Assembly: GCA_023334545.1 (NCBI GenBank)
Contig: JAADVB010000076.1
Span: 8,114 to 72,113, forward strand
Length of the DNA stretch: 64,000 nucleotides
Direction: 5' to 3'
Origin: Salisapilia sapeloensis CBS 127946
Lineage: Eukaryota > Protista > Oomycota
Position numbers and translations under genes: made by a program. Below, piece after piece: positions 21,914 to 32,968 of the stretch (positions are counted from its first letter, which is position 1; each line of letters begins with the position of its first letter). The notes under the pieces are model-generated. The model did not search any database, was not told the DNA's origin, and saw only the letters and a list, made by a program, of their open reading frames with translations.

Positions 21914-23284
21914 ATGAGTGCCGTGGAGGCTGTTCGGCAAGCCCTGTCGTCGATAGATCATCCGTTCTCGGACCACGAGATACGAAGAGTGCTACGAAGC
22001 AGGAGAGACGATGTCGCCAAAACAGTCCTCTTCCTCAAGGACAAGTACAACTTTCTATCGTCCAACTACTATCTGGACATCAGCATCGCCCATCCGGTCA
22101 TTCGAAAAGAACTACTGAAGGGGTATGCGCATCTGCCAGATGACTGTGTCACGCATGAAGGTTCTCCCGTACTACTCGTCCAACCAGAGCACTTTCACTA
22201 TCGAGATGCAAAGGAAAGCGTTCAACTACCAAATGCGAGTGTCCAAGAGAGTACTGGATCGGATGCCAAGTTACTATCTATCTATCTATGGGAACTAGCG
22301 TTGGACATGGCCGAAGTGGATCTGGATAGAGAACAAGACAAGTCGATCTTTGTCCAGCCTCTGGCCCAAGTGACACTACTGGTGGATGTGCAGCACATGC
22401 AGCTGGAACTACATGTTGGGTACATTCAGTTCCTCCACGAGCTCTTCACTACTTTTCAGCAGTACTACCCGGAGAGTCTTCGCCAAGTGCTCGTCATCGG
22501 AGGCAATGACAAGGCCCAGTCGGTCATAAAGTGGATGCAGAAGGTCGTCCAGGCATCCTTCTTATACAAGGTCCAGGTCCTGAACTACCAGAGTGAGCTC
22601 GTGAACTTTATCCCTCACGGCAGCATTCCACAAATGTACGGAGGCAAATGCTCACTTCAGTCGCCTCCGGAGTGGATTCGGGATCAAGCAGACGCAGAAA
22701 ACGTGTCTCTGCAGGTAGAGGACGGAGAGGAAATCTCGGAGGAAAAGAAAGTGCTGAATGGAATGCAATACGCATCTAAAGCTGTTGGAGAGGTGCTTCA
22801 GCTGCCGAACACACTAGCTCGAGGAAAAGTATCCAAGCAAAAGGGTGAGGACAGTTGGACTGGGTACTATGGCGTCCTGAGACCGGAAGCGTTACTGCTG
22901 TATGTGGACGAAAGTGGTCATCGCCCAGAGGTCATTCTGCCCATCAAGGAAGGTACGACGGTCTCGACGGTCCAGGTGCGTACGTTGTTCCGTTTCAACC
23001 AACTATTCGGCTTCCACATGTCGGTCGAGACGAGTCCGACTGGAGTGGTGCTGGCCTGTCGGTCGGAAGTGGAGCGGTCCAAGTGGATGGCGGAGATCCA
23101 GGACGCGTGTATCAGATGCGAGGGAAGACGACGGGACGAGGGTAGGAGGCTGAAAGAGCGGGAGGCCAAACAAGAAGCGTTCAAGGACTATGACATGATG
23201 ACCTTTGGAGACGAGTCGGCCAAATCGGAAGGGAAGGCTCGGCACTCACATCCTGTTGATCACATGGTAGATGCTTTCAATTGA
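21914..23284 (+). CDS. CRAL-TRIO (Sec14-like) plus PH domain protein
   Basis: 'VTLLVDVQHM...FQQYYPESLRQVLVI...FIPHGSIPQMYGG' is CRAL-TRIO-like. 'GKVSKQKGEDSWTGYYGVLRPEALLLY...VLACRSEVERSKWMAEIQ' is PH-like. Confidence 0.8.
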   Translation: MSAVEAVRQALSSIDHPFSDHEIRRVLRSRRDDVAKTVLFLKDKYNFLSSNYYLDISIAHPVIRKELLKGYAHLPDDCVTHEGSPVLLVQPEHFHYRDAKESVQLPNASVQESTGSDAKLLSIYLWELALDMAEVDLDREQDKSIFVQPLAQVTLLVDVQHMQLELHVGYIQFLHELFTTFQQYYPESLRQVLVIGGNDKAQSVIKWMQKVVQASFLYKVQVLNYQSELVNFIPHGSIPQMYGGKCSLQSPPEWIRDQADAENVSLQVEDGEEISEEKKVLNGMQYASKAVGEVLQLPNTLARGKVSKQKGEDSWTGYYGVLRPEALLLYVDESGHRPEVILPIKEGTTVSTVQVRTLFRFNQLFGFHMSVETSPTGVVLACRSEVERSKWMAEIQDACIRCEGRRRDEGRRLKEREAKQEAFKDYDMMTFGDESAKSEGKARHSHPVDHMVDAFN

Positions 23285-23350
23285 TCGACAAAAGATATTT
23301 TTTCAAAAACAAAAGTTATTCGATTCGATGTTTCTTGCAGCCCTTGTGGT

Positions 23351-23852
23351 CTACGCAGCCTCCTCCTTGGCTTCCTCCACTGCAGGTGTAGACGACGCGT
23401 CGTGCCTAGAGTGAATAAAATCAGAATCAGAAAGCAGCGCCATAGACAAGGTGCGTACGAGAACTTTCGGTAGAGCTGCGTGATGCCCGTGCCGGCCATG
23501 AACACGTTGACGGCGAAGAGGTTCCAGTTCTTGGGCGTAATGACCATGCTGTAACGAGACCAGATAACACCCGTGGCCGTCACGGCGATCTGCTGCGACA
23601 GCGAGATGTTCTCTGCTGGTCGACGCATGTCGGCAATGTTGGCGATCGAGATGGCCCACTTGATCGTCGGTGCCCAAAAGTGCACTAATTCGAATGTTAA
23701 ATAAACCGCTCTCAAGTATCCATTATTGCGCATAAAGTACCGGTGAAGGGTCCCGCGGGGTGTCCGAGGAAGGCCGCGACCTTTGGGTTGTTGGCGACAA
23801 TGTCGGTCGACATGACCTTGGCCTGGAGTCTCGGGACGATACTCGGCAGCAT
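23351..23852 (-). CDS. MPC2: Mitochondrial pyruvate carrier, MPC2-type (3 exons)
   Basis: 'HPAGPFT|VHFWAPTIKWAISIANIAD...QQIAVTATGVIWSRYSMVITPKNWNLFAVN'. Introns are 23685-23740 and 23406-23458. Confidence 0.93.
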
Positions 23853-23962
23853 CCTTCCTCTTCGATTTCTGCTTCGAGCCGCACGATCGTCTCGATTTAC
23901 AGCTGCAACTTTTACATCAACTAAACCGAGACACGCACCAAGTCTCCCAACAGACAAAATCG

Positions 23963-24838
23963 ATGGCGACGAGAGTCGAGGAGGAGTACTTTCCACCGTA
24001 CTTGACGGGCCTCCCGTCGGACGACAATGGCAAAGACAAGGACAAGAATGCCAGCAACATGTACGTTATTGGGCTGCAGTCAGGAGGCGACGCAGGTGGT
24101 CGGAAGGAACGGAAACCGAGGCTCACGTTTGCCGAGAGCCTCGTCATGCAAAAGACGCCGGCCAACGACGGACGAGAGTGCAGCGTCGTGCAGAACATGG
24201 ATGAATTAATTTATGAGGAGGGTCCGAGCCCCTTTGCCTACAATGCGAGTGGCGACGCGTCGAGTCTGCGACGACGAATCACGAATACGACGGAGGAGGA
24301 CGACGATGCTCCTCCGCCTCGGTCGTCTCTCTCAGACGCTGCTCTCCCGACGTTTGCAACTCACTCCAAGCCAGTGTCTCGACCGCCAATGTACATGGAG
24401 TCGTCATTTGCTCCGTCGGCCGAAGACCACTGGGGATTCGAGAAACAGTACTGGATCACCATCTACGGATTTTCGTTCTCGATGAAGCACCTTGTGTTGG
24501 CGCAATTCAAGAAAATAGGTCAAGTCGTGAACGTCATGAACAGCGGCGGAGGAAACTGGGTGCACCTGCGGTACAAGGATCGGGAGGATGCTGAAAAGGC
24601 GTTGGGATACGATGGCAAACGCATCTGCGACGGCGTCATGGTTGGTGTGAAAAAGTGCATGCCAGGCGACTTGGAGGGTGCAGAGGAAGGCGTCGTGTCC
24701 GAGGTGCACGCCCCTTCCAAAGGCAGTGCCGGCAGCCGCGACCTGCAGGTCGACCCGGAGGACAGCGACATTATGCTTCCGACGCCGCGCCGCCAGGACG
24801 TTTGCTCCCGCGTGCTCAACTATCTTTTCAACTGGTAA
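23963..24838 (+). CDS. NUP35: Nucleoporin Nup35/Nup53 (MPPN-type RRM)
   Basis: 'WITIYGFS...LAQFKKIGQVV...GGNWVHLRYKDREDAEKALGYDGKRI...VMVGVKKC' is the Nup35 RRM signature. Confidence 0.85.
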   Translation: MATRVEEEYFPPYLTGLPSDDNGKDKDKNASNMYVIGLQSGGDAGGRKERKPRLTFAESLVMQKTPANDGRECSVVQNMDELIYEEGPSPFAYNASGDASSLRRRITNTTEEDDDAPPPRSSLSDAALPTFATHSKPVSRPPMYMESSFAPSAEDHWGFEKQYWITIYGFSFSMKHLVLAQFKKIGQVVNVMNSGGGNWVHLRYKDREDAEKALGYDGKRICDGVMVGVKKCMPGDLEGAEEGVVSEVHAPSKGSAGSRDLQVDPEDSDIMLPTPRRQDVCSRVLNYLFNW

Positions 24839-25473
24839 TAAAAGAGCGTTTTCTTTTCTTTTTCTTTAGGATACCGTCCTCGTCTGTCTCTGGGGCGTCC
24901 AGTCGAATTCGCGAGGGAAGTCGTTTTTTTCGGATAACGCTGGCTCTCGCGCCGTGGTGCCTGGCCATGTCCCACTCCCTACTCTATGATACGTGCACGC
25001 ATCTCGCTGATCGCAGCCATAAAAGCGCTCACGCGGGTGTGCTCTTTGACAAACTTTGAAGCGACTTGCGTACACCAGTACGGTACTGGCCATCGTGTGC
25101 AACGATCGCGAGCTGCGTGACAGCCACACAGTGGCGATAAAGACGCCGTATTCACAATCTCGCAAGCAATTGGCGTCAGAGCGACTTGTGCTGGCGTGCT
25201 TGTCGCCTAAAGCAGCCGATTTAGATCGCCTGTCACTTGGAATTTGTATCCCGCCGCCGGTGCTTCAGTCAAGCGTCCTATTGGCTTCAAAGAGCTCGTT
25301 CAACCTGATTCGACACGCAGTATCGCTTCCAATCAAATATACAAAGTGTATGTGTCATCCACCAAGCGGTTTCGATCATGTGCAAATCGCACACTAATCT
25401 ACCAGCGCGTGACATTTGCCATCAGAACCCAATTTGCCGGCGTGCCCCCCAACCGCCTCCTTCAACCTACATC

Positions 25474-26496
25474 ATGCCGGAGTTTGGATACGCGCACACC
25501 AATGCTTCCAATAGCAACGCTGTTGGGCGGCCAGAGCTACCCAGGCTGCACGTCCCGCCCATCTCGGTCGCGCCCGCCTCCGGAGCCGTCGTCAAGACCG
25601 TGAATGGTCGCACGGAACCGCCGGCTCGGGGCTCCTGGGTTTCCTCCTGGAGCAACTGGTGGCCCGGAAGCAGCTCTAATGAACCTGCGCCGGCCAAGAA
25701 GCTCCCAAGCCTTTCCGAGGTCCTCTCCCGGACCACGCAGCTGCAGATCAACCAGCCGCGGTCACAGCCGACGGCCGAGGTACCTCCGATCTCCCACCGC
25801 CAGCAAAATGTCTTCATCCCGTCGTCGGATCCGCAGTACTATTACTACCAATCCCAGTATCCTTCCGATGTCCACATGACCGGTCCGTCCATCGCGCCGG
25901 CGCCATCCACCTCTGCTACTTACGACGCACCGCCGTCGCCCGCCGGATCCGCCGCTTCGTCCAACATGAGCGCAGATGCGAATGCACCTGCCAAGCGACG
26001 GGAGAGGTGGACCGAAGATGAGCATGCTAGATTCATGGAAGGCTTGAACAAGTACGGGCGCAAGTGGAAGAAGATTCAAACGATCGTCAAGACCAAGACG
26101 GCCGTACAAGTTAGGACACACGCATACGGCTACTTTGCCAAGCTACTGAGGAACATGCCGGACGATGAAGCTATGTGGGAACTCGCAGAGGAAACGAGTT
26201 CTCTTCCAGGATCCATCCTCAAGGGATCTGGCAGCTCCAAACGCCGGAGCGAGCCCAAGACGGATGAAAAGGGTATGGAAGTCCTACGACGCTTTGTCTT
26301 TACCAAGAGCCGCAAAGACGGCGGCAAGGAAAAGGAGGTCGAGGCAGCACCCTCGGCCTCGAAAGGATCTATTCAATCTTTATTACTAGCGGACGAGTCA
26401 ACTAGTAGCGACCCGCCCGTGGCCACGACGCGCAAGTGGACGGCCATGTCGTCGAGTCCTTCGTCGACGGACGCGAAGCGACAGCGCGTGCACTAG
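25474..26496 (+). CDS. Single-repeat Myb (SHAQKYF-class-like) transcription factor
   Basis: 'RERWTEDEHARFMEGLNKYGRKWKKIQTIVKTKTAVQVRTHAYGYF' lies within Pro/Ser-rich flanks. Confidence 0.9.
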   Translation: MPEFGYAHTNASNSNAVGRPELPRLHVPPISVAPASGAVVKTVNGRTEPPARGSWVSSWSNWWPGSSSNEPAPAKKLPSLSEVLSRTTQLQINQPRSQPTAEVPPISHRQQNVFIPSSDPQYYYYQSQYPSDVHMTGPSIAPAPSTSATYDAPPSPAGSAASSNMSADANAPAKRRERWTEDEHARFMEGLNKYGRKWKKIQTIVKTKTAVQVRTHAYGYFAKLLRNMPDDEAMWELAEETSSLPGSILKGSGSSKRRSEPKTDEKGMEVLRRFVFTKSRKDGGKEKEVEAAPSASKGSIQSLLLADESTSSDPPVATTRKWTAMSSSPSSTDAKRQRVH

Positions 26497-26839
26497 TAGT
26501 AGGCTGTCGATTGTTCTAGGAAATTTTACATTTTGCGTTGGAGAATTACAATAATAGCCTTTGCGTCATCCAGGAGCGTACACGTCCTCAGTTATAATAT
26601 TCACATGCACCCTCGATCCTATGTACACCACTTGTCGCGTCGCAGATCCGGTGCGTTGCATGTGAAAAATGTCGGGTACGAAACAGATTCGGCTCGACAG
26701 GTGTCCGGCTCTTTATTGAAGTTGCCATCGTTACGCCGCGCATCTGATGCCGGCCCTTGCCCTCTCACCTGTCAGGAGGAGCGCATGTGACGAAGCACCA
26801 AAGAAAAGAAAAGGAAAAAGGAAAGATAAAGGCAATTGC

Positions 26840-28666
26840 TTACGCCGTCTGCTTGATCGTCGTCGCGAGGTGCACGAACTGCGCCTGGCTGCCGTCCCAC
26901 CGCCGACGCACGTCCTCCGTTGACTCCTGCACGGCCGTCGCGCCGCATTGCAGTAGAGCCTGCAGTGCCTCTGCTTTCTCTCGGTCGTGCAGCACCACGT
27001 TGAGTGTATCCAGATCCTGCTCCAGCATACTCAACTCGAGTGCTTCTGCTAGCACATCGGCCGGTGGTGTCGGAGGGTGGTATCGAAGCAAAAGCACAAC
27101 TGTCTGGCTGAGCTTCGACAGTCCGTCGCTGACTTCTCGCCCGCAGCAACGAGGGGAGATCAAGTACTCTAGGACTCGCGGAAGCAGAGTGAAGCGCGCA
27201 GAAGGAGGCAGGAGAGGAAGCGCTCGACTAACGAGACGTCTGCCTTTCGAAACACTCAAGACACGATGGAGCTGCGGGACGTCGCATTGCATGTGCTTGG
27301 TCTCGCCAGTCTCCGACGCCGACACGCCCAAGAGAGCAGACAACTCCATTAACAGCGTCGTGGTGCGATGTCGGAGCTCCTTGAGCGCCGTGTCCATGTG
27401 CTCTTCGTCCATCGCGTGGAACTGCTGAACGTTCACGCCACGTGCATCGAGCAAATGCCGCGCCTCTTGCAGCGACAAGAGTCTCTGGAGACCTCTATCC
27501 ACCTGTAGACGCAGTCGCCACGAGTCGTTCGCAAAGACCGAGTTCACCTCTGCGCTCGAGTCCATCCGCAGGACGGACGCTACGTCCTGCGCATCGTTCG
27601 ACTCCTCCGATTCCGTCGGATTCGACAGCAAGAGCGCCTGCTTCGGACGATACAGACTGCTCCTCGTGTTGCGTCCGAGGACTTGGAATTGACTCTCCCA
27701 CTCTCTCGCCTTCTGGTCTCGCTGCTTGTCCGTCTTGTCAAACGACCGCACGTGCTCTAGTTTCCACGACGGAAGTGGGAGACCTCGACCGATGGCAGCG
27801 TCCGTGCGCATCTGCTTTTGCGTAAAGTTGTGGAAGTAGTAGTCGTCGCTGAACGGGTCACTCGTACGCAATTGCTTCACGCGTTGCTGCATCACGAAGT
27901 TGATGTCTCGCTCCGTCATCATTTTGAAGCGGCGAGGCGGCGGCATATGCGGAGGGTACGGAGGGCCTCGACCGCCGGGGCCCCTGCCGCCCGGAGGAGG
28001 ACCTCGACCACCAGGAGGACCTCGCATCATGGGCATGGGCATCGGAGGACGGACATTCGGTGGAGGAGGCTGCATTGGCGGCGGGGGAGGAGTGGCCGAC
28101 GGAGGGGGTGGTGGTGGAGGTGGTGGACTGGCGGAAGGTGGAGGCGGACGAGGACTGGAAGGCACAGGAGGACTTGGACTGGACGCCGGAGGAGCTGGTT
28201 GCGTCGGCTCGTCGTCATCCAGATTTAGACCACGGAGGCCAGGCACCTGGGACTCATCCACAGCCTCGTTGTCGTCGTCATTAGTCTGCTTGTTGAAGCG
28301 AGACTCGAGGCGAGACTCTTGTCGAGGTCCACGCGACCAGGCCAGGTCGCTCTCCGATGGCGCGAGACCGGGAGGAGCGCTCTGGAAACCTGGTGGCGCA
28401 GGCTTCGAAGGTTCGTTCGATGGCTGCGGAGTCTTGAAGCTGCCCATGAAGGCCGAGGTGAATGCATCATTGAAGAAGAGGGAAGATCCGGTCGTGTCGG
28501 CACTGGTGTCAGCATCGGATGGACCTAAGAGGTCGTGGGCGCGGAGGTCGGCCAGCAACGACTCGTACTTGTGGTCATCTCCTGCGCCGGACGAGAATTC
28601 CGAGAAGAAGGACGGGAGTGAGTCAAAGGAGAAATTTGCGTCGTCCTCTTCTTGCTTGTGCTCCAT
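26840..28666 (-). CDS. PAT1: mRNA decapping activator Pat1-like
   Basis: An acidic N-terminus and a Pro-rich region precede 'MTERDINFVMQQRVKQLRTSDPFSDDYYFHNF', the Pat1 mid-domain motif. A helical C-domain contains 'LSVSKGRRLVSRALPLL'. Confidence 0.82.
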   Translation of the reverse strand: MEHKQEEDDANFSFDSLPSFFSEFSSGAGDDHKYESLLADLRAHDLLGPSDADTSADTTGSSLFFNDAFTSAFMGSFKTPQPSNEPSKPAPPGFQSAPPGLAPSESDLAWSRGPRQESRLESRFNKQTNDDDNEAVDESQVPGLRGLNLDDDEPTQPAPPASSPSPPVPSSPRPPPPSASPPPPPPPPPSATPPPPPMQPPPPNVRPPMPMPMMRGPPGGRGPPPGGRGPGGRGPPYPPHMPPPRRFKMMTERDINFVMQQRVKQLRTSDPFSDDYYFHNFTQKQMRTDAAIGRGLPLPSWKLEHVRSFDKTDKQRDQKAREWESQFQVLGRNTRSSLYRPKQALLLSNPTESEESNDAQDVASVLRMDSSAEVNSVFANDSWRLRLQVDRGLQRLLSLQEARHLLDARGVNVQQFHAMDEEHMDTALKELRHRTTTLLMELSALLGVSASETGETKHMQCDVPQLHRVLSVSKGRRLVSRALPLLPPSARFTLLPRVLEYLISPRCCGREVSDGLSKLSQTVVLLLRYHPPTPPADVLAEALELSMLEQDLDTLNVVLHDREKAEALQALLQCGATAVQESTEDVRRRWDGSQAQFVHLATTIKQTA

Positions 28667-30153
28667 GACTGGAGAACGAGGGCTGTATCAAGAGATAGAG
28701 CAAACGGACAAGTCTGGTAGGGATACGTTCCTCTAGAAGAATCAAGCAGGAATGCAAGGGTTTGTTTCTAGCCGGAAAGGAACAAGACAGGGAGCAAAAT
28801 CGACAGTGGAAGGTAGCTCGGAAGATGCCACCCGCTCGTTCAGCTCTTTGTTGTCTGCCGGTGGATATTGATGCGCATTTAACACATCGTACTTTATTGG
28901 AGAAACGAAAAGAATATCGACGTCTCTTTCGAGTCTACACGACGCGGATACCTAGTGTCTATAGACTCTTTACCGCTTGTAATTGCATGCGAGTAGAACG
29001 TGATACGAAGACCAAACCTTTCTTTTGATGGTCTTTAGTGATTATGCATCGCGGCAAGATCGATGCCACCTATGGTTTGAAGTTCATGTTGAAGAGATGC
29101 AAACAAATCCTGAAATTTCCATAGCGTTGCAAATTGGATGAGAGATAGATGTGTGATAGTACTTCATCCTACATTAACAAGGCCTGTTTTCCAAATCTCT
29201 TCAGCCGCCTTTATCATTATCAGCGCCTAACTCTTCAACCCAGCTACATTTAAAGGTAAAGTCAATCTCTACACAGGCTACCAAAGTTACTTCAAGCTCG
29301 ACGAAAGTTTAATCAATAGATAGTTGCTTACCTCAATGCACCAAAGTAAAATGGAGAATGAACCATATACTTGCAATACTACCTGCTGTGATTCGATGCC
29401 ATCGAGTTCTCAAAACATAACCAAGCAAATGCGTCGCCAAGAAATTAGCTTGACTTTGAGCTTATACTGGAAAACAACAGGGTTACTGCTTTCATGCGTG
29501 CGTACAGTGAAATCCCAATAGAAGGTCGAAGCCTTTTTCTACAATCGGTGCTAGCGGCATAAAACGACGAACGAAACCAGCCCCTTGTTTTCGACCGGAG
29601 CTCATGCTTCAGTCATTTCAATCTGAAGCAAACAATTTTCCGATGTCTTTGTGACTCCCAAACGTTACGAGGGTATAATTTCAGTCAAGACGCAATCTCA
29701 CTCAGAATCTGGATGGACCAAGACGCAAGTTTTTAAATGTATCAGATTTATAAGTGTAATCCTAGATCAAGTAAATGACATATAATTATATTCATAAATA
29801 TAAGTAGTTTATTATAGTTATTTTTCACAACTACTTAAGCTAACTTCTCTCAATGCCCCCTTCATTTCTGCATCCACTCGTAGCCATGAATATTTGCTTG
29901 CGAACTGTGAGATATTCCAGATACTAGGACTTAAACACCTTTAAGTGAATGCAAGCTGTAGAGTGCTTCAGATGACTTGTCAACTCCTAACCCACCTGCA
30001 GGGCATTTAACATTTATAGGCATACACGCAAATTTTCGCAGCAAACGTGAAGACGTAGTAAAGTAGCTTGCTCATTCGCACAAGCCGTAAGGTCAAGTAT
30101 GATGCAAGTCTCATTGCAAGCAACAACCAATGAAACCTTTGATTCGTTTTCAA

Positions 30154-32134
30154 TTAAGTTTCCAACACGCTGCCATCTTTCATCATCTTGCGCAACATGA
30201 AGACGATCTGCACTGCGGTCGGTCTCTCCTTCGGTTCGAAATTCAGGCACTTGTCTACGAGCTCTCGCATGGCCTCCGGACAATTCTCGGAGACATTTGG
30301 CTTGATCGAGCGACAGGCTACGCGATGCATGAGTGCAAAGTCCGAAAGATTGGTGCCTTCTTGGTCTTTGACATCGTGTAGTGGTAGCTCATGCGTGTCC
30401 AGCTCGGTCAGGATGGCACCGAACGAGTATAAATCACAAGTGTGATCGTACGACTCACTAGTTACCAGTTCTGGTGCAAGCCACTACGTCATGAAGTATT
30501 AGATTCGTTAGTAAGGAAATGGAGAAACTAGTATGAGATAGCTGTATTTACCCGAGCAGTTCCGATGTCTTGAGTAACCATGGCGTTATTCTCCGACATG
30601 AGACGAGCGCCACCAAAGTCACTCACTTTCGCAACCATGTCCTCCGATAGCAAAACATTTCGAGACTGAAGGTCGCCATGGACGACAGAAGATTCAAAAG
30701 ACTGAACGTACACTAGCGCTTCAGCAATGTCGATCGCGATGCTAAGCTTCTCTTTAGTCCAATGGCGAGGTACCATAGATCGCTTCAAGTAATTCCGCAG
30801 GTTTCCTTTCGACATGTATTCAAAGAGCGCCTGGAAATCGACCTTCATTGTCCACGCGACACCGATGCACTTGATAATGTTCCTATGATCAAGTGTTGCC
30901 ACCAGCCTGACTTCATCAACCAACTTTTCGAACGCCGTGGGGTCAACGACGTGCTGTGCCAACCTTTTGGAAGCGTAGTAAGCATTGTTGTATGTAACTA
31001 GCCAAACAACTCCAAAAGTTCCGGAGCCAAGCACCTTCACGTCCTGGATACCCGTGAAATCCAGCCTTTTCCCAACAAGCTCTTTGTCACTCCACAGATC
31101 ATAGACATGATCGCTAGTCAATGGGTCTCTCATGCTGGCAAAGGACATTGATTGAGTAAACGATTCGGTTATTGTCATGGATGCATCTCGAGTGTAGTCT
31201 CCTTCCTTCACAAGCTTTTTTGTTATCAATGCCGACTTGTACCGACGTACGTACCAGGATCCAGCTAAAGCTAGAACGACAAGCGCCACGACAATTGGAA
31301 TGACGATACCGAGTATGCTCGGTCCACCGTCTTCATCAGCACCATCTCGAACATTGCCAACAATTGAGCCTTGGTAGTTTAATGCCGAGTCCGATGGAAT
31401 GGGATCGACGTTTTTGCTCTCATAATACTCGTCCGAGCCACTATAAAATTTATCATCCGACTCGCTGTCAGAATCGTCATACGAGTCACTGCCAGCATCC
31501 TCTTCTGAGTCGCTATCGACAATATCATCTGAATCACTGTCAGAGTCCTCTTCCGAGTCACTATCAGAATCATCGTATGAATCACTGTCAGAATCCTCTC
31601 CCAAGTCTCTATGTAGATCTCTTGACCAGCTTGGTGGAAGAAAAGCACTCTGTAACAACCTCACACGGACATCATGCGGATCATTGTAGTCCAGGAAAAT
31701 CTCGCTCCATTCGTCCTCTACATACCAAAGCAATGGAAGTTGTCAGTTATAATGCAAACAGCAGGTAGAAGTGGATCAATACCTGGCAGGCTCAAGAGAC
31801 CACTACGCACTCCACTCTCGTAAAATTCGCTGCATAAGTGATGATAGGCATTCTGGAGCTTCTTCAGATTTAAGTATCCAAACCGCTGCGAATCAAATTC
31901 GCAGTCTGGAAGCTCTTTATTCAAATCCTGGTACGTTTCAAAGCACAAATTAGAGCAGCTGTAGTCCAGGGTAAGATAATTCACGCAGTTCATGCCATCT
32001 GGCTGTACTTCGTCCCATTCTTTGATAAGGTCATTCGATTGCAACGTGTCATCTCCAGTACAAGGTGCGCTTTGCACATTTGACAAAAGAAATGCGCTTA
32101 ATAGCACGATGAGGAGAAAAGTCGGTCGAATCAT
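30154..32134 (-). CDS. Receptor-like TKL kinase: signal peptide, elicitin-like 6-Cys domain, Ser/Asp repeat, TM, kinase (3 exons)
   Basis: Exons 32134-31783, 31717-30552 and 30483-30154, joined by in-frame GT-AG introns of 65 and 68 nt. Signal peptide MIRPTFLLIVLLSAFLLSNVQS; TM ILGIVIPIVVALVVLALAGSW; kinase motifs GSGTFG, ASK, HGDLQSRN, DFG, WLAPE and DLYSFG. Confidence 0.85.
31440..31610 (-). repeat. Degenerate 24-nt (8-aa) Ser/Asp-rich tandem repeat within the kinase ectodomain
   Basis: The translation EDSDSDS-YDDSDSDS-EEDSDSDS-DDIVDSDS-EEDAGSDS-YDDSDSES shows an 8-residue period. Confidence 0.8.
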
Positions 32135-32968
32135 GGCAGGCAAAGGTTTAATTTGCATACGAGTCTCGTCGTGGTGAACTTTCATGGTTTGAGTACAATC
32201 ACCCCAGGGAAGCGAATATTCTAATTTCACAATCTTAACTTGGTAACTTCGTTATCGCAAGGAAGAGAAATCCTAGATATCGAGGATATCCGCGGAAAAG
32301 GTAGCTTTGCCAGTCAGTGGAAATTAAAAAAATGATTTGGTTCGTTTCATCTTTCCGGACGATCTTCTATCCGTTGACTGCGTGCGACACAATGGGCTTC
32401 ACGACAAATCTTTATCTACTATAAGCTCGACCGGATGTGACTTTGATGCCTCCAAGTCGAAATCGAAAGATACGTCTTCTATGTATTATTAATTGAAGCG
32501 ATGATGCTTATAAGAACAGTATGGAAATCTAGGACGGGAAAATATAGACATAGAAAGGTTATAAGAGATGAGCACGTATGACTCTGCGCCCTTGTACTCT
32601 ATGAACTTGACTTTCGGATGAAACATTTAGATCAGCGACGCAAATACTAAAGCATGTATCGCTACATTATGCGCCAAGAAAGAGTCATCGACAGAATATA
32701 TGCACTTCAGCAAAGTTCTGACATGGTGTGGGTACGAAGACAACTTCAAAAACAGCGAAAGCGCATTATGGAAATGATAGAATAGATTCGTAGGAGATAG
32801 ACGATAAAGTACAGGCAAGACAATTTTCTGCGAGCACAAGAGATCCCTTCTCTAAAAACTTAAAGCACTAAATTCTAATTTTAATTTCATAGTTCCGATC
32901 TAGGAATAGATGTCGTTTGAATAAGCTGATGTCTGGGCATCACTAGGCGCCAAGGGAGTTATACTTTG

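Noticed and set aside
29000-29650. Protein-like fragments (e.g. LDFELILENNRVTAFMRAYSEIPIEG) and splice-like signals
   Set aside because: Too short and inconsistent to support a gene or TE call.
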